In this document: piece by piece, positions 11,901 through 25,418 of the stretch
Position numbering within the stretch: position 1 is the stretch's first letter
Layout: every line of letters starts with the position of its first letter
DNA from: Catajapyx aquilonaris
Lineage: Eukaryota
Length of the DNA stretch: 52,456 bases
NCBI GenBank assembly: GCA_000934665.2
Contig: JYFJ02002699.1
Coordinates: forward strand, 1 to 52,456
Direction: 5' to 3'
Program-made: the position numbers and the translations under genes
Notes under the pieces: generated by a model
The model's input: the letters and a program-made list of their open reading frames with translations, nothing else
The model's database searches: none
What the model was told of the DNA's origin: nothing

Positions 11901-14900
11901 AAAAGAAAATTTCTGCAGAAAGAGGAGGGAAGAAGAGGAGGGCTATTCTGGTTTCTTTTTTTCTTCTTCTTTGCCATTTTTTTCTCTATTCCTCTTTTCT
12001 TTCGTCTTAATCTGTTCTCATTCTGAGAGCCAGCTTGCACATCTTGCTTCAATACACTTTCAATTCATCACCATGGACACTTTCAACATCATCAAGCCTT
12101 TTTTTTCCTCTAATAATAAAATGGCATGCAAATGTAAAACAGTGCCTACTTTACTTTTTAATAGTTTCCACTGAAGTGATTATTCTGGAATTTAAATGGG
12201 TGCAAATCTATAAAAACTTTCAGGTAATCAGGTGGCTGCATTTCGATAATATGTGATCCACCAGCAGACTACTGAATCAAATCATAGCAACAGAAGGAAC
12301 TGCCTTGACAAATTATGATACTGACAGCTTCACTTTATAAGTTAGCAATTGTAACATTTTTCCCCGTATGAGGCTAACAATTAATTAATGGTATTCAGGT
12401 CAAGTAATGCTTTCAAAAGCAATAACTTACATATTCCGGATGTCTGACTCAAACATCAATTTCCGGAAAAACATCAGTCTCCATGATAATTTCTTCACTA
12501 ATTAGTAACATAGTCTGCTAATGGATCACATTGAAATCTTCAGCCCCTTTACTTCTCTCCTCACTACAATATTGCCTTGGTGTTTCAAAAATGACAAAAA
12601 GTGCCTCCCTAGTTAAATCCAGCCTCAAGTGCTTTTCTGTTTTTGTAATCTCCCACTCACCATTGTAGCTTGGGATGGTTCCCATGGAGCGCCCCATAGA
12701 CGATCGGAAGCTGGAACTCTGATCCAGTTCATCTTCCTCCCATGGACGGGGATGGTCCATGTAGCGAGAGGGGGCTGCAAATTCACCAGCACTTGCTGTA
12801 TGATACCCCCTCTCTCTTTTTGTTAACCCCTCTCATATTATTAATTGGTGTGTGGATTTGTGGGTGGTGCAATATTACTCATGTAGGTTATTTAGGGTAT
12901 GCCCCCAAATTAAGAACGGAATTAATTATCTGGGAACTGGCCTGAGCTGAAGCAGAATATAGGTTTAGCAGGGCTGACGAATATTTGTAGCATTCATTCA
13001 CCTTTTCATGCCACTTAATATAATAAATATTAAATGGCATTTTTGGTGAAGTAAATGTCGCAATATCCATAATTAAAAGAGAAAATGTATTATCTTCTTG
13101 CCATGCTTTGCGAGTCATAAGCAATTTCTTTGGCCACAGGGTTCTGTAAATATGTTCAGAATCCTAACCGCTCCCCATTTCATGCCAAAGCTCATCAAGA
13201 GTCAGATGTGACAGGTTTCAGCTCATTGGGTTTTGTCATCCTCCATTAAAGCCAATAAGAAAATAGGTTCAAGGGTCAGGGCAGATGATGGCATTGAATA
13301 ATATAAAAAAAAGGATAGATTACAGGCCATCTAATCTAACACATCCTGAGGATTAAGTAAAATATTACTCCAATAGCTCTCCCCAGTAGGACAAACACAA
13401 GACAATTCACAACAGGATTAGGCCCAATAATAATACAAAAGGAGGGATTGTTTGAGAACAGAACGGGACCTGAGTGATCCCCTGACTAAATTTGTTAGTG
13501 CAGAGAACAAACGCAGTTCATACTGTCCTACTCACAGGCGTTAATTGGTGACTCATAACGCAGGCGATGTGTGGGCTCCTTTGATGCACTTGGGGTCCTA
13601 GATGCATTTCGGGGGTCCATGTGGGTCATCTTCCACTGGCGCATCTTCTCTCGCTCCTTCACATTCTGCAGAAACACTTTCCCTATTCCAGTCGCTATTT
13701 TGCTCAGCTCTTCTTCTTCCTTCTGCAAAGCAAAGCAACTATGACAACTTGACCAAGTAGGCCTACTATTGCCTGGTTCAACCCCTTAAAATTTAATTTT
13801 ATATACAAAGTGTGTAGCAAAATCCTTCAGGCCTCATAAATGGAATTAAACTAACCTTAAGCCTCCTATCCTCAAACACCTGATCATCTCCAACACCATC
13901 TTCCTCATCTTCAGAATCAGGAACACCCTTGTAGCTATCAGACCACCTCTTCCTCCGTTCTGCCAAGTAGAAGCATTACGTTAACGACAAATCCTTCAGG
14001 CTTTGTCAGCACAACTTATATTACCAGGATCTGTGTATGGGTATGGTGGAGCTGGGAAGTCATCCCTCTCTATCTTCGGCATTTCATTTGGACCAGGTGG
14101 TTTCGCAGCCGGAAAATGGGCCAATCCTATTGGTTCCTCATTGTTCATGTGAGGAGACCTCGGCCTGGGTGTCTCAACCTGTATGCTTTCAACGAGTGCC
14201 TTCATCCCAGTCTTAGAGCTTGTCTTGGGAAGGTTCAGCTTGGTCCTGGACTGGGCAGCTGTAATTGGAAGTTACTCAGGTGAAATAATGATACAATTGA
14301 AAATGCGCTAAACTCAATAAAATAATCGCAACCGAAAGAAAGAATATTCCATGGGCTCTGTTTTAAAAGTCAGCATTGATAAATTCAGATTTCTCTTACA
14401 TTTAATTCAACAATATTACATGTGGTAACAGTGCAGAAAATCCGCTATTTCTCAATTCAGCACATAAGGATAATTGACATCGCATCAAGAAGAACAAGCT
14501 CTGCAAGATCCAATGATTGGAGTTACGTACTGTGGAATACAGGCCTTATTTCATGCCCCAGTCAAGGTGATTTCAAATTTAATAGCCCATCCACGACAAC
14601 AAAAAAGTTCCCTTGAGAAACAATAGGGAAAAAGATCACTACTTTCAAGCAATAACGATTTTTTCCTCCAAGAATATAAAGTACATTCCACAACTACTCA
14701 CTTCAGTAACTGTTAGTAAACATGTACCTAGAATATCATAAAAAAATCACCTTCCCAATTTTGGGGGTTGAGTAATGTCATGATTACAAGGTCATCAGCC
14801 TTGTCCGGTTAAGCAATTACAATGCTGTCAATGTTATTCATGGCATATGATCTGTATTTCAACGTATCTTTATACAGAGCATTTCCAAGATTAAATGTTA

Positions 14901-17900
14901 TTTTTAGGCATGGTTAATACATCCAGAGCTTTTCAGAAGTGCAACACTTACATGGTGGGCGGTGAAAATGAGGTGAAGTGGGAGGCTTGTCGTAAGGGTC
15001 GATTGGACGCTTCAAGTAACCCTGGGCAGGTTCCACTGTCAAGAAGCTGTAGGTGTAGATGCGGGTTATGTCATCTCCATAGTGGGGGCTCTTGTATTCA
15101 CGGAGAATCAGACCAGGGCTACTAGTTCGATATCCGGAGTACTGCAAATATTATCATAACGGGGTCACAAACAATACAAACAGTGATGAGAGAAACACAG
15201 GTAATTGAAGAATTCAGGTCAACATTATGATAATTAATGACGCAAGCTGTGAGAGATACTATTCAGACACCAACAAAAGAGAAAAATATTTTCCCTGTAA
15301 CACAATAATATGGAACATATTTGAAACTGTCATTTTATAATGCTTGGAATGGATTGTCACTAGAGCATATCAAACTTGTGCTACATTAGTGGAAAGCAGC
15401 ACACATCCAAAACTCAAAAACTTACAAAAATGTTCAACTAAAAAAAAACAAAGAACCAACCTTACTCCTAGGCAAGCTGTTATAAGGGCTATACAGAGAA
15501 CCATTAAGGCTTGGGGTGCGGGATCGCAATGAAAACTGAAACAAACAAAAATCAACAACTGTTGAAAAAAAATGACACGAAAAAGGCAACAAAATTACTG
15601 TACAAGTTACTCATTCCCATGCTTCAAAATTTAACAAACCAACACAACTGACCTGAGTTTCACTGACAGAACTACTAAGACGATCAAACTCTGCCTTTTC
15701 CGCCTTTGAATCTGGTCTTCCATCGACCACAACATGACCATTCTCAACAGATCCATTCAAGATGGTTCCATTTTCGGTGGGACCAGGTCCACATCTTGGA
15801 TGCCATATGGCGGCACCTACAAAATGAAAATTGGGTTTTCATATTGTCTACTGGCACTTCTTCATTACAATTATTATGAAACTGTTATGAAATTATTGCT
15901 TCCAGTGTACTTCTGCTGTCCTAGTTTGGGCACAAGAGAACTGATAAGCTGTTGAAATATAAAGGCCAACCTTGAAGATACATTTCTTCTCCATCTCCAA
16001 ATGGATCACCACATTTAGTGCATCGAGCACATGTAGGATGAAAGTGGTGGTTGTCGCCTGCCTGCAGTACCTTCCCGGAGATGTATCGTTGGCAATATGC
16101 ACACCTGACTCCAAACTGCTTCTGGTAGTCTTTCTCACAATAAGGAACACCATCCCTTTCAAGAAGGAAAACAAGTTCTCAGCTGTGGTTAACGATGACT
16201 CCAAAGTGCCTCATGCATATTCCAACGATCCACTTTCACGTTTATATGCAGCCACAGGGAAGCTTGACTCACCTGCCCATATACTCGCCATGGAGCACAG
16301 TGTCACAAGCCCTGCATTTGAAGCACCAAACATGCCATTGCCTGTCCAAGGCGATTAAAGCTTGTCCTTCTTTCAGCTCTTCTTTACAACCGGCGCATTC
16401 TGAAATGGGAGCCAGGGATTAGAAATTCTACGAGTTAAAGAAGACTTTAATAGACAGCATCTGCATACCAGCTGCGTCATCTAATGGGCTCAACTGGGCA
16501 GGTGAATGTGCATCTCTCACAGGGATATGTGCGCAGCGCTGGCACAACACTTCCTTTCCTGTGTAGGTGACACGTTCTCCAGCTGGGAATGCTTGCCTGT
16601 AGTGGTACAAAACTTTTTAGCCATACTATCCCAAGTTCAGATCATGAGATGCACTTGTGTAACAAAGTTATGCTGTGCAATGCACAGAATGCAATATCAA
16701 AGCCTTGAGCTTTCGACTTTGTTCAGTTTGCTATTTTCAATCATTTTTTCCCCCCTGCATGGTAAGATATGTTGTTTGCTGGTGAATTTTCACTTGCCTG
16801 CATCTGACACAGGTGAAGCATCGCTGGTGGTACGTGTTTCCCAAGGCAGTGACTACCTCACCTTCCACATATTCACCACAAGAAGCACAGCGTGTGCCAT
16901 GTAGCCTGTGGTAATCATTTGTGCAGAGGTAGTCTCCGTCTTTGCAAAAAAAGCCCCCTTGGGCTAAAGAATTTTTACATACTGCAAAGGAATAAATGAT
17001 AATTTATTAGTCATGGGAGGACAGGTTCTCAGTACAAATGGTGTTTTCGTACTGGAAAAAAAAACCCACCTTTACACTTGAAGCAATCTATGTGGAAATA
17101 TTTATCCTGCACTCGCAAAACTTCCCCGGAGCATTTTTTCTTGCATGCTTGGCATTGGGCCTTTCCTAAAATAGATAAGGGCAGAATTTTAATGTCGCTA
17201 TTACTGCATTCTGGTTTGCAGTCCCAGTTGTTGCTCTCAACCACACATATTGATCACTGGATAGCAAGCGATGACTCAGCTCCTTAAAAAGTACTACTGT
17301 TGTCAGTGCCCTTGATCGTGTCTGGATTTTAATTGCTGTACATATCAAGTCTGTATGGCACCATGCCAAAGGAACATTTCCATTACTTTATCAATTTTGA
17401 CACTGAGCGGTGGCTAAACATGTTTTGCATGCCCAGTCAAAGTTCTTATGAGAAGGTACTGCTTCACCAGGCACGCAACTGAATATTATCCTGCCAATGC
17501 TACACACAACCAGAAAATTAAGGAGCGTCTGCCTCATTACGACAGGTTGTCGCATGACACTACAAACTGTCTAACTCATCCACCTCAACGAATGTTGCAG
17601 GAACCCAGCAAGATTTTGAATTGCTACGCTTCAGTTTTTTTTCTTCTTAAAGCACATCCTGTCAGTTCCTGGCAATGACAACCCTTGGCAGATTATACTA
17701 TATATTTGCATAGCTTTGCCACAGATAGAACATGCCAACTCATGAGTCAACCTCATTTCCACTGCACTTTCTAGAGCTGTACCCTAAGAAAACACACCAT
17801 TCACCTCCATTTTAACTACAGCATGTTTTGAAAGACTCTCGACACTCCCTGAAACCTTATCCTGCACTTAAAAAAAAAACAGTGGCCACAATGGCTCTCC

Positions 17901-20900
17901 TTATCACTCCAGAAGCACACAAAAAAAGGAGTGATTAAGGGTTCTTAAGAAACAGTGAGCTATAGTGGGGGGATGACAATGCAAATGAAGCAAGTCTCCA
18001 ACATCTGTGGCTCTAAGTAAGAGGGGGCCCATGAGCCCCAATAAGGTCATTTCCTGTCTCCCCCCAAAAAATCAGTCAAGGGTAGCACGTCCCCCACACA
18101 CAAGGAGTGAACTTGGTGCCAAACGGAGCCAGTACAAGTTGAGCGACACCCCCGCCCCACAAAAGCCAGCTCAGACCAATAAGCAACCTCCAGGTCATGG
18201 TCGCAGCTGAAAAGAAACACTTGGCAAATTCCCCTGGAGCACTTATTGCTGCAGCAGATGCTGATAATAAAAAAAAGAAGAGAGGTCCCTTCACTCTTCG
18301 CCAAATATAATATGGACGCACAAACAGGATTTCATATTTCATTTCAGATTATTTTTTTGGCAAGTGCTTGGACCACCCTGTGGAAATGGCGTAGGTGGGA
18401 CATCTGATAGGATAATAGGCATGATGGTCGTAATGATCTGCCCTTGTAGAAATGATGAAATAAATTGCGTCACCACTCTTCATCACGTATGCTCGCACAA
18501 GGCCATTTTAGCACAGCACCCGGGGGTCGCGAGCAAAACTGGTGCAACATGTAAATGCTGCGAAATAGAGATGATGAGAGTGTTACTATATAGCCCATGA
18601 TGTGACCCACTTCGGGATCTTACTGGATGGCAACAGCAGCGGCCCCAGGAATGCACGCGGTGCTCTTGGCACTCACCAAAATAGGGGGGGGATAATTATA
18701 GCAACCAGCATATTTAGCAATTATAGCCATAACTTGTAGAGAGAGAGAGAGCGGGTCATGAAGAATTCCGGGCAGGTAAACACACTTATGCGGACCGCAG
18801 ATATTTCAAATATGCAAAATAACCACCCGCTGACTGCCGGATTTATCTGCCGCCATATTGGCGCAACAGCTCTTCTTTTTTCATTTTCAAACGTCCCAGT
18901 GCAGCACACATGAACAGACTTGAAGGTCAGGTTCTGTACATATACATATGCAGGTGCGGCCATTTTCAAAGAGGATTCCCCGGCTTCTGGACCGGCGCCA
19001 ACTTGAACCCCTCCAGGTTTATCATTAGTATATCAGTCATCCACATCTCGTGTTTGGTGTTAGGAGAAAATCACCTGGGAGTGATGAAGAGCGAACATGG
19101 GCCCGCCTCTTTGTATATCCAGAGTCCTTTCATCCTGATTATGGCCAGGAATCACGGAATGGAAGATGTTTCGATCCTCGAAATGAGCCTGACAGGTCTA
19201 TGAAGTTGGAGGCGGCAGTCCATCAAACACAGCCACGGTATAAATCTAAGTTTAGACCGGGTCGGTAAGCAAATAAAGTTTGACCTTATCTTTACGAACT
19301 GACGTTGATAAGGCCACTATTCCAAACTGCAGGCAGTACAAAACAATAGGCTGAGTTGCTACGCCTCAGCTATTTCCTTCCTGAATTACATAAATGGCCC
19401 TGTTAAGTAACCTCTGCAGATTTAACACATTTCAAATGCCATAACTTCCCGTGGCACTTGAAATTATGCTTCCGTGCACATTTGAGGCACGGCCTTCAAA
19501 CGGTTCACTGTTATGTCATTACATAATTCAGCAATGTTTTCAATTGCAGTTAACATGCTCTGGGCCCCGCAATATTTTTGGCTCCTTGTCACAATACCTT
19601 TCTTGTAAGTGCCGCCCACTTTCTTTTCCTTCTTAGCTTTCTTATCCTTCTTCTCTTCCGCCTTCCTCTTCTTGCTGTCCTTTTCTTCCTTCTTTTTCTT
19701 CTTCCCTTTCTCCTCCTGTTGTGGCTGACTTCCGCTGGCACCCTCTTGAGACACCCCCATCCTTCTCCTGGAGCACCTCGACACCAACTGGTCCAAATGC
19801 AAGAGCAGCACAGGCCAAAAAAGAAGGAATCCCTGACGTGGACCAACCAGCTGACTCACTCCTAAATCTGTGCCTGGCTTCTCCGGTGATGCAGTCACAC
19901 CAGGTGACAGCCCGTGTGTGGGCGACGGCCTTCAAGGTCTCTCTAGATGTGTGTCTTAATGGGTTATCCACACAGACCCTTTCACGCCGAGGGCCTCAAC
20001 TCCTTGACCTTACACGTAAAATGAACGGCACCTAATTGTCTTCAACTCCGTGTGCAAATAACTGCTCACGAAGTTTTGCCCAATTCCTTCTTCCTCGTTG
20101 GGTGGGCTCGAGAGAGAGAGATTATGCCATGATTAGGTGGTTGTTACGCCGTCCTGATTTGCGAATTGGACAATTGTGAGTCAGTGTCCAGAGAGCAGGT
20201 GCCAAGGAAGCGCAAATCCGCTTCTTTTGAGTAGCCACGCTGCACATTACGTCATCCAAACATTACACAAGCAAATGTAGACTGGAGCAATGTACCACCC
20301 TGTAAACAAATTGCGCAAGGTGGACCAGGTCATTAATTATATACATTTTTTTTTCCGAAACAAAATGACCCCCAGACTGGTGTGACACCCCCGCCTTCAT
20401 TATTATACAGTGTTCCACTTTCATCAGGCCAAGTTGTCTTTCACTGCGAAAGTGAAAGTTGCTACAACAGCCACTTGTACTTCGACCGGTTCAAGTCCTC
20501 TCCGGTTCAATTGCTGGCCGTATATTTCAAGCGATGAGTCATACCCTATTACACATATATTGCGTGTGAGGCGCACACACCGGTGAAAATGGGTCCGGAT
20601 AGATTTGAAAAAAAAAAAAGATGAGATAGAAAAAATGGTCGGGGTCATTCCACCGTGTCGGACATCACCTTTTTTGTGTGTGTGTACGATGTTGCGGACT
20701 ATGAGCACCGGTGTTACGAAAAAAAAAATATATATTGCTCTCAATTGTCGCTTTATTGCAGCTTTACTTCCAACCAAAGTGTATACAGTCTGAGAACTTC
20801 CGAGGGTTTGGATTCCCTCCAGACATTCTCGCCCCTCTCCAAAAAATTTCATGGAGTCAAGGCAAAAAGGTTTTCGACCTCAACCATTCAGGTCATCCGC

Positions 20901-23276
20901 TTTAAAAACTGCCCCTCACATGCCATCCCCCTCCCAAAAAATTACTGTAAAGTCACCAACATTTAACCAAAGTTCATTGGCTTCTGGTTACAAAATCAAA
21001 CGGGGAATTTAGTCCAGACATGTTCAATAATTAAGAAAGGAACCAGAATAGACTGGGTTACCCTATATATTTTCTAGGGGGGGACTAGTTGGAGGGCACC
21101 AAGACAAAATCAATGCCCTCTTTCCTAGGATCAATATCCCACCTTGCTTTGCGGTACATGTAACCGGACGCACCTAGTACAACTTTGAAAGAAAAAGAAA
21201 AAAAATTTTTTTTAAATACAAATCGTGGGTTCTCCGATAATATCAATAATGTCCTACCAATGAACAAAGCGGAAATTTCGTGCTCGGGAAACCGTTAACC
21301 AATCTTCTCATCATTTCAGGGAAGTACATCCTCATTTCGCCAATTTTTTTTTGCCAGGTGTGATTCATTCGACAAACAGGATTCAACTTTGACGCTTCAA
21401 GGCTGGATCGTCAATACTGTTTTGTTTTAATTTCCATACGCATTATGTTACTGCCGCATTTTTAAAAAAAATGTCTGCCCACTGGCCTATTTTTAGAACA
21501 TATATCACCATTCAAATATGCTGATACATGCGCTAAATACTGGCTGGAGTTGGCCGTCACAAAAAAAAAAACAATGCCCGTGCTTATCTGCATCGCCATT
21601 GATTACATGCACCTGCGGCACGAAGGCCACATTTTTTTTTTCCTTCTCTGGCAACCTGAGGCCAAACCGGAAAGCAGCGAAAAGTTCACTAGATCACAAA
21701 ATGCTAGAAGGCATTTTAGGAAGTCCCAATGACGTGGGTCAAGCCAAAGGAGCCTGACCCCCTCAATTTTCATTGCGAAAAAAAAAACTGCATAATTTTT
21801 TTTGTGGGTGATGACCTGGCTTGTTAATTTACCTTTCTGTATGGAGGACACTACAGCTACGTCCATTTCCTGGGGGGTCTTCTGGTACACTCTGTGTGGG
21901 TGGGTGGGGATATGAAACAACCCCCCCTCCCCAACCTCCCTGCAATCCCCCCCCCCCCTTCCAGCCAGACTGGAATCGATTTTTGTGGGCACCTTCATGT
22001 CTGAGACAGCCTTTTTCCCTCTCTCTCTGTTGTGTGATATCGGTTCAAGACTGCGGCACACTACACTTCATTCATGCCCCCCCCTGGACACCCCCCCAAA
22101 GGCTAAATTAGCAATTGCGTAACTGGACGGAGTGACGTCATGAAATTAAGGTGACAACCAGGATGTGTGTTTGGTGAATTTTTCAGAAGCATCTGCTGCC
22201 TGGATGCATATTGCATGAACGTTGTAGTTTTGCATGCCCCCATTTTTGTCGTGCAAATGCTGGCACTTTATCCGTGGTATTCAAATTCCACATATTTTTT
22301 TTGATGGCTGAACATACAATGCGCTAGATTAGGCTGTGTGAGATAACAGCGGTTGAAGCTGTGCTCGTACAGTCTTGTAAGTTGTCGATGAATGTTGCGG
22401 CTTTGCATTTTGAAATCTGCACAGGCAGCTGCATGTACAGGTGTAGCCTGATATTCTGACCATTTTTACCAACACTTGCTGCTGTTGCTTCCATAAATGA
22501 AATTGTACCGTACATCAATACCCTCGCATTTATAATGGAATTAGGGCCGGCTTCACTGAGCTCGGTATATGATAAAACCAGGTTTCTTTCGGAAAATCCC
22601 TACATATTTGTATGGATTTTCCTAAAGAAACCTGGCTTTATCATATACCGAGCTCGGTGAAACCAGCCCTTGGTATATGAATTGCTCATTGCTTCTAAAG
22701 TTTAAATTAAATTGCACATCAATACCCTTAGTTTTACTAGCCAGGTGCGAATAAATAAAAGCCCCTATTTGCTCACATTTCATTGATAGTGACGCTCTAA
22801 TCTACATTTATGCCCGATTACAAACTGATACCGATAACAAAATAAAGCCACCAGTTTCACCATTTCAGCCGATCATCCTTCCTTTATCGTCAGCCCCGAT
22901 GACAGACAACGACAAAGGTTCAAACATTACACCGACGCTGAACTATTCCAAAGCCTTTGCTCATACTGTACCAACAAAACCGCAAAACCACAAGTACATC
23001 CTATCAGTACATTATGGTAATGCCCAACGGTTACTGATAATACTTTTTATTTTCATCATTGCGTCTTAAGGCATCACCAAGTGTGTATGCCACGTACTTC
23101 TTTTCTCTCCTTTAAAAAATCAGTGACTCCTGAGGCGGAACCAAAACCTTCCCCTTTCTTTTTATCCCTTCCTCTTTTTTTTCTCTCTCTTTCAATCCCA
23201 CTTCCCCCTCCCATCCAGTGCTGTACCGGATGTACCATAAATTCCTCCTTTAAAAAATGTTCTCAAACTCACCCAT
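8904..23276 (-). CDS. unc-115: Actin-binding LIM protein (abLIM/UNC-115): four LIM domains + villin headpiece; about 17 coding exons
   Basis: ATGG|GTGAGT (23276-23273) joins exon 17165-17070 giving MGKAQCQACKKKCSGEVLRVQDKYFHIDCFKCK. Further LIM exons at 16981-16798, 16596-16469, 16399-16273 and ~16155-15972 (HPTCARCTKCGDPFGDGEEMYLQG). Conserved KIERDDFPAPPYPY and ELSKIATGIGKVFL. Headpiece KIYPYHLLITTNYRLPADVDRCNLE|RHMSEAEFEAVLHVPRVEFYRLPGWRRNDLKRRAKLF with stop TAG 8904-8906. Confidence 0.93.
10389..10486 (-). CDS. abLIM mutually exclusive exon B (98 nt)
   Basis: ttgtag|...|GTAAGT; phase 1 to 0; VVSALRHVPRPGYGLAPRSHTFSSTGGSMSGIG. Confidence 0.8.
10794..10891 (-). CDS. abLIM mutually exclusive exon A (98 nt)
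   Basis: tggcag|...|GTGAGT; phase 1 to 0; VVSSLRSVPKPGYGLKASTLPAAGRNGGTAGMA. Confidence 0.8.
11261..11427. mobile_element. MITE, Tc1/mariner-pogo-like, in an abLIM intron
   Basis: About 28-bp imperfect terminal inverted repeats TACCGTATTTAACGGCATATAAGACACA / TGCGTCTTATATGCCATCAAATACGGTA with TA at both ends; non-coding interior. Confidence 0.7.
19598..19760 (-). CDS. Putative alternative first coding exon of abLIM encoding a Lys/Glu-rich N-terminus
   Basis: ATG 19760 opens MGVSQEGASGSQPQQEEKGKKKKKEEKDSKKRKAEEKKDKKAKKEKKVGGTYKK G|GTATTG; 163 nt, phase-1 donor compatible with the 17165 acceptor. Confidence 0.6.
22544..22669. mobile_element. Foldback MITE (PIF/Harbinger/Tourist-like), 126 bp near-perfect palindrome in abLIM intron 1
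   Basis: Arms GGGCCGGCTTCACTGAGCTCGGTATATGATAAAACCAGGTTTCTTT... and ...AAAGAAACCTGGCTTTATCATATACCGAGCTCGGTGAAACCAGCCC; flanks TTA / TTG (imperfect 3-bp TSD). Confidence 0.7.
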
Positions 23277-23849
23277 AGTGTCCTCCCTGCTGCTCTACCA
23301 CACCCTTTCGGTCTTGTTCCTCCTAGAGCCTGCACTTGCTGGGGAGTGAGCGCCGGGAACAACTACTGCAATGACCGCGGGATGGATGGGGAATAGGGGA
23401 GGACGAATGGGGCAGGGCAAGTCGGGAACAGGGAAGAGAGAGAGAGGAAAAAAAAAGAGGAGGGAGAACCTACGCCCGTTCCTTCGTCCGAACCACCCGC
23501 CCTCCCTGTTCCCTCGTTCAGAACCAATTCGAACCACAATTGGACTGGCGAGCCATCTGCCGGTCGATAGTGCAAATTGGTAGTTCTGAAAATGGACGCT
23601 AGATAAGGCGCTGCAATCGGCAGTGACGCCATGAAAAAGGCGGGGATTTCAAACTTGAAATGGAGCAACTAAATCGAGGGGGTTATTAGTAGTCCCAGGG
23701 GGGTAATCACTCGACCGAAAAGTGTACACTGGAGTACCAGGGAGTAATAAAGAGGGAGGTACCTGAGGAGCACCTGGGAATACCACTCGCACCGGAGTAC
23801 CGAAGTGGTTACCCCCTTGGGTAGTCCGAGGTTAGTGCAGACGTACTCA

Positions 23850-23976
23850 TGCCTGGTTGCACCAACAAAATTACCGGTCCGATAGCTCCTAATGGACAGA
23901 TAGGTAGACCTATTAACATGTGCTATCGGTCCGTTAGGAGCTATCGGACCGGTAATTTTGTTGGTGCAACCAGGCA
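23850..23976. mobile_element. Foldback MITE (PIF/Harbinger/Tourist-like), 127 bp, upstream of abLIM first exon
   Basis: About 54-bp inverted arms TGCCTGGTTGCACCAACAAAATTACCGGTCCGATAGCTCCTAA...; perfect 3-bp TSD TCA (23847-23849 and 23977-23979). Confidence 0.8.
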
Positions 23977-25418
23977 TCAGGAGGTAGTCTGGGTAGTCCA
24001 TGTACGCAAAATATGGGTTAAAATAGAATCAGATGAGGAAAAAAAAAACAATGCGAATACAAAATCACATAGTTTTCACTATTATTATTATCTTCGGATT
24101 ATTCCTTCTTCTTTCTCTCTTTTTTTTTTTTNTTTTTTTTTTTTATCGGGCTTATAACAATATCCTATTAACAACAATCTTTTTTGTTTTAAAATAATAA
24201 CAACCCACAGCACCTAAAAAACAGTTTCATATACATCGACATAACCACGACTAAAATCGCAATCATATGTTGTAGTTTGTTTGTTTTTTTTTCTCCTAAT
24301 CGGGAGGGAGGGTTTACATTATTATATATTTTTTTGAAAATTTTCTCTCTCTCGTTTTCTTCCATTTTGCTCTCTCACGCTCGCTTTCAATCCAGTTTTA
24401 TCAGTCATACCTTAAGCTTCTTTTTTTTTTCAATTAAACCGGCACACCTGGCGCAAAAAATCAGGCATCAATGTCGATATAACAGTACATCACCTTTTTT
24501 TTTTTTTGGTCTTAATTTTTTATCAGTTAATTTTTAGGGACAGGATACAGAGGAAAGGGAGATGGTAAAAGTTGAAAAATTGTACTATATTATTATTATG
24601 ATTATTGTGTTGTTTTTTTTTCCTGTGTAACAGCCACCAAGTAAATATCTATTCTCGATATAGACCTGCATATGCCATACACTTTATGATCATATATTTT
24701 TTTTTCGGTAAATGTGTGCAAGTTTTAAGTACAACATAGTGCATAGGGATTTTTTTTCTTTTCTCATTTGCTTTAAAATCCACGGATCGACAAAAAAACA
24801 ACAACAATTCAATGTAATTGGGTAAATGCAAGATGACAATGTAGGTGAACTCATGATTTTTAGACGTGCCATGTAATTAGATTCGAAAGAGTTCGGAGAC
24901 GTTGCAACACATACCCTATTAATATTGCTGCAATCCCACGTACCTAACCTGCTTTGGTAAAAAATAAATAAAAAATCCACCAATGAAGTGTAGGCCATAA
25001 GCAATATTACACACCGACATTTTTGGGTCAAGCATGTCTTGGCTGACTAAAAATAAAAATAAAAATTATCGCCGTTAACAGCAAGCATTACGTTAAAAAA
25101 AATTTTTTAGGCCTGTGCTGTCACAAGCCAGGGATTTTTTTAATATAAAAAAAAACTATTATTGGGAGTAGGATCGAGTATGTGGTGGGGAGGAGAGGGA
25201 GATACGGCAGAGAAAATATATGCCTTTTTTTTTTCCTATTTTGACAAAAACACTCCAACATGTAAGTGGACTAACCTGTGAGAACCTATCTGCAGCACAT
25301 ATTATTATTTTTATTATTTGAATTTTGGTTTTGCTTACTGTTACTGGATGATAAAGATATTTTTTTTTTGTGTGTCGACAAAGTCTAATTGACCTGCTTT
25401 TATTACTGGCAGAATAAA

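Noticed and set aside
12431..12447. Possible abLIM micro-exon ending in a strong GTAAGT donor
   Set aside because: Neither nearby AG gives a phase compatible with the flanking exons.
18910..19268. GC-balanced plus-strand ORFs in abLIM intron 1 (possible nested gene or TE fragment)
   Set aside because: No recognisable motif or convincing splice structure; a BLASTx search would be needed.
24119..24144. Poly-T tract containing an N
   Set aside because: Homopolymer with a sequencing ambiguity; no retro-insertion hallmarks seen.
23669..24157. Opposite-strand ORFs sharing MPGCTNKITGPIAPNG
   Set aside because: Artefact of the palindromic MITE at 23850-23976.
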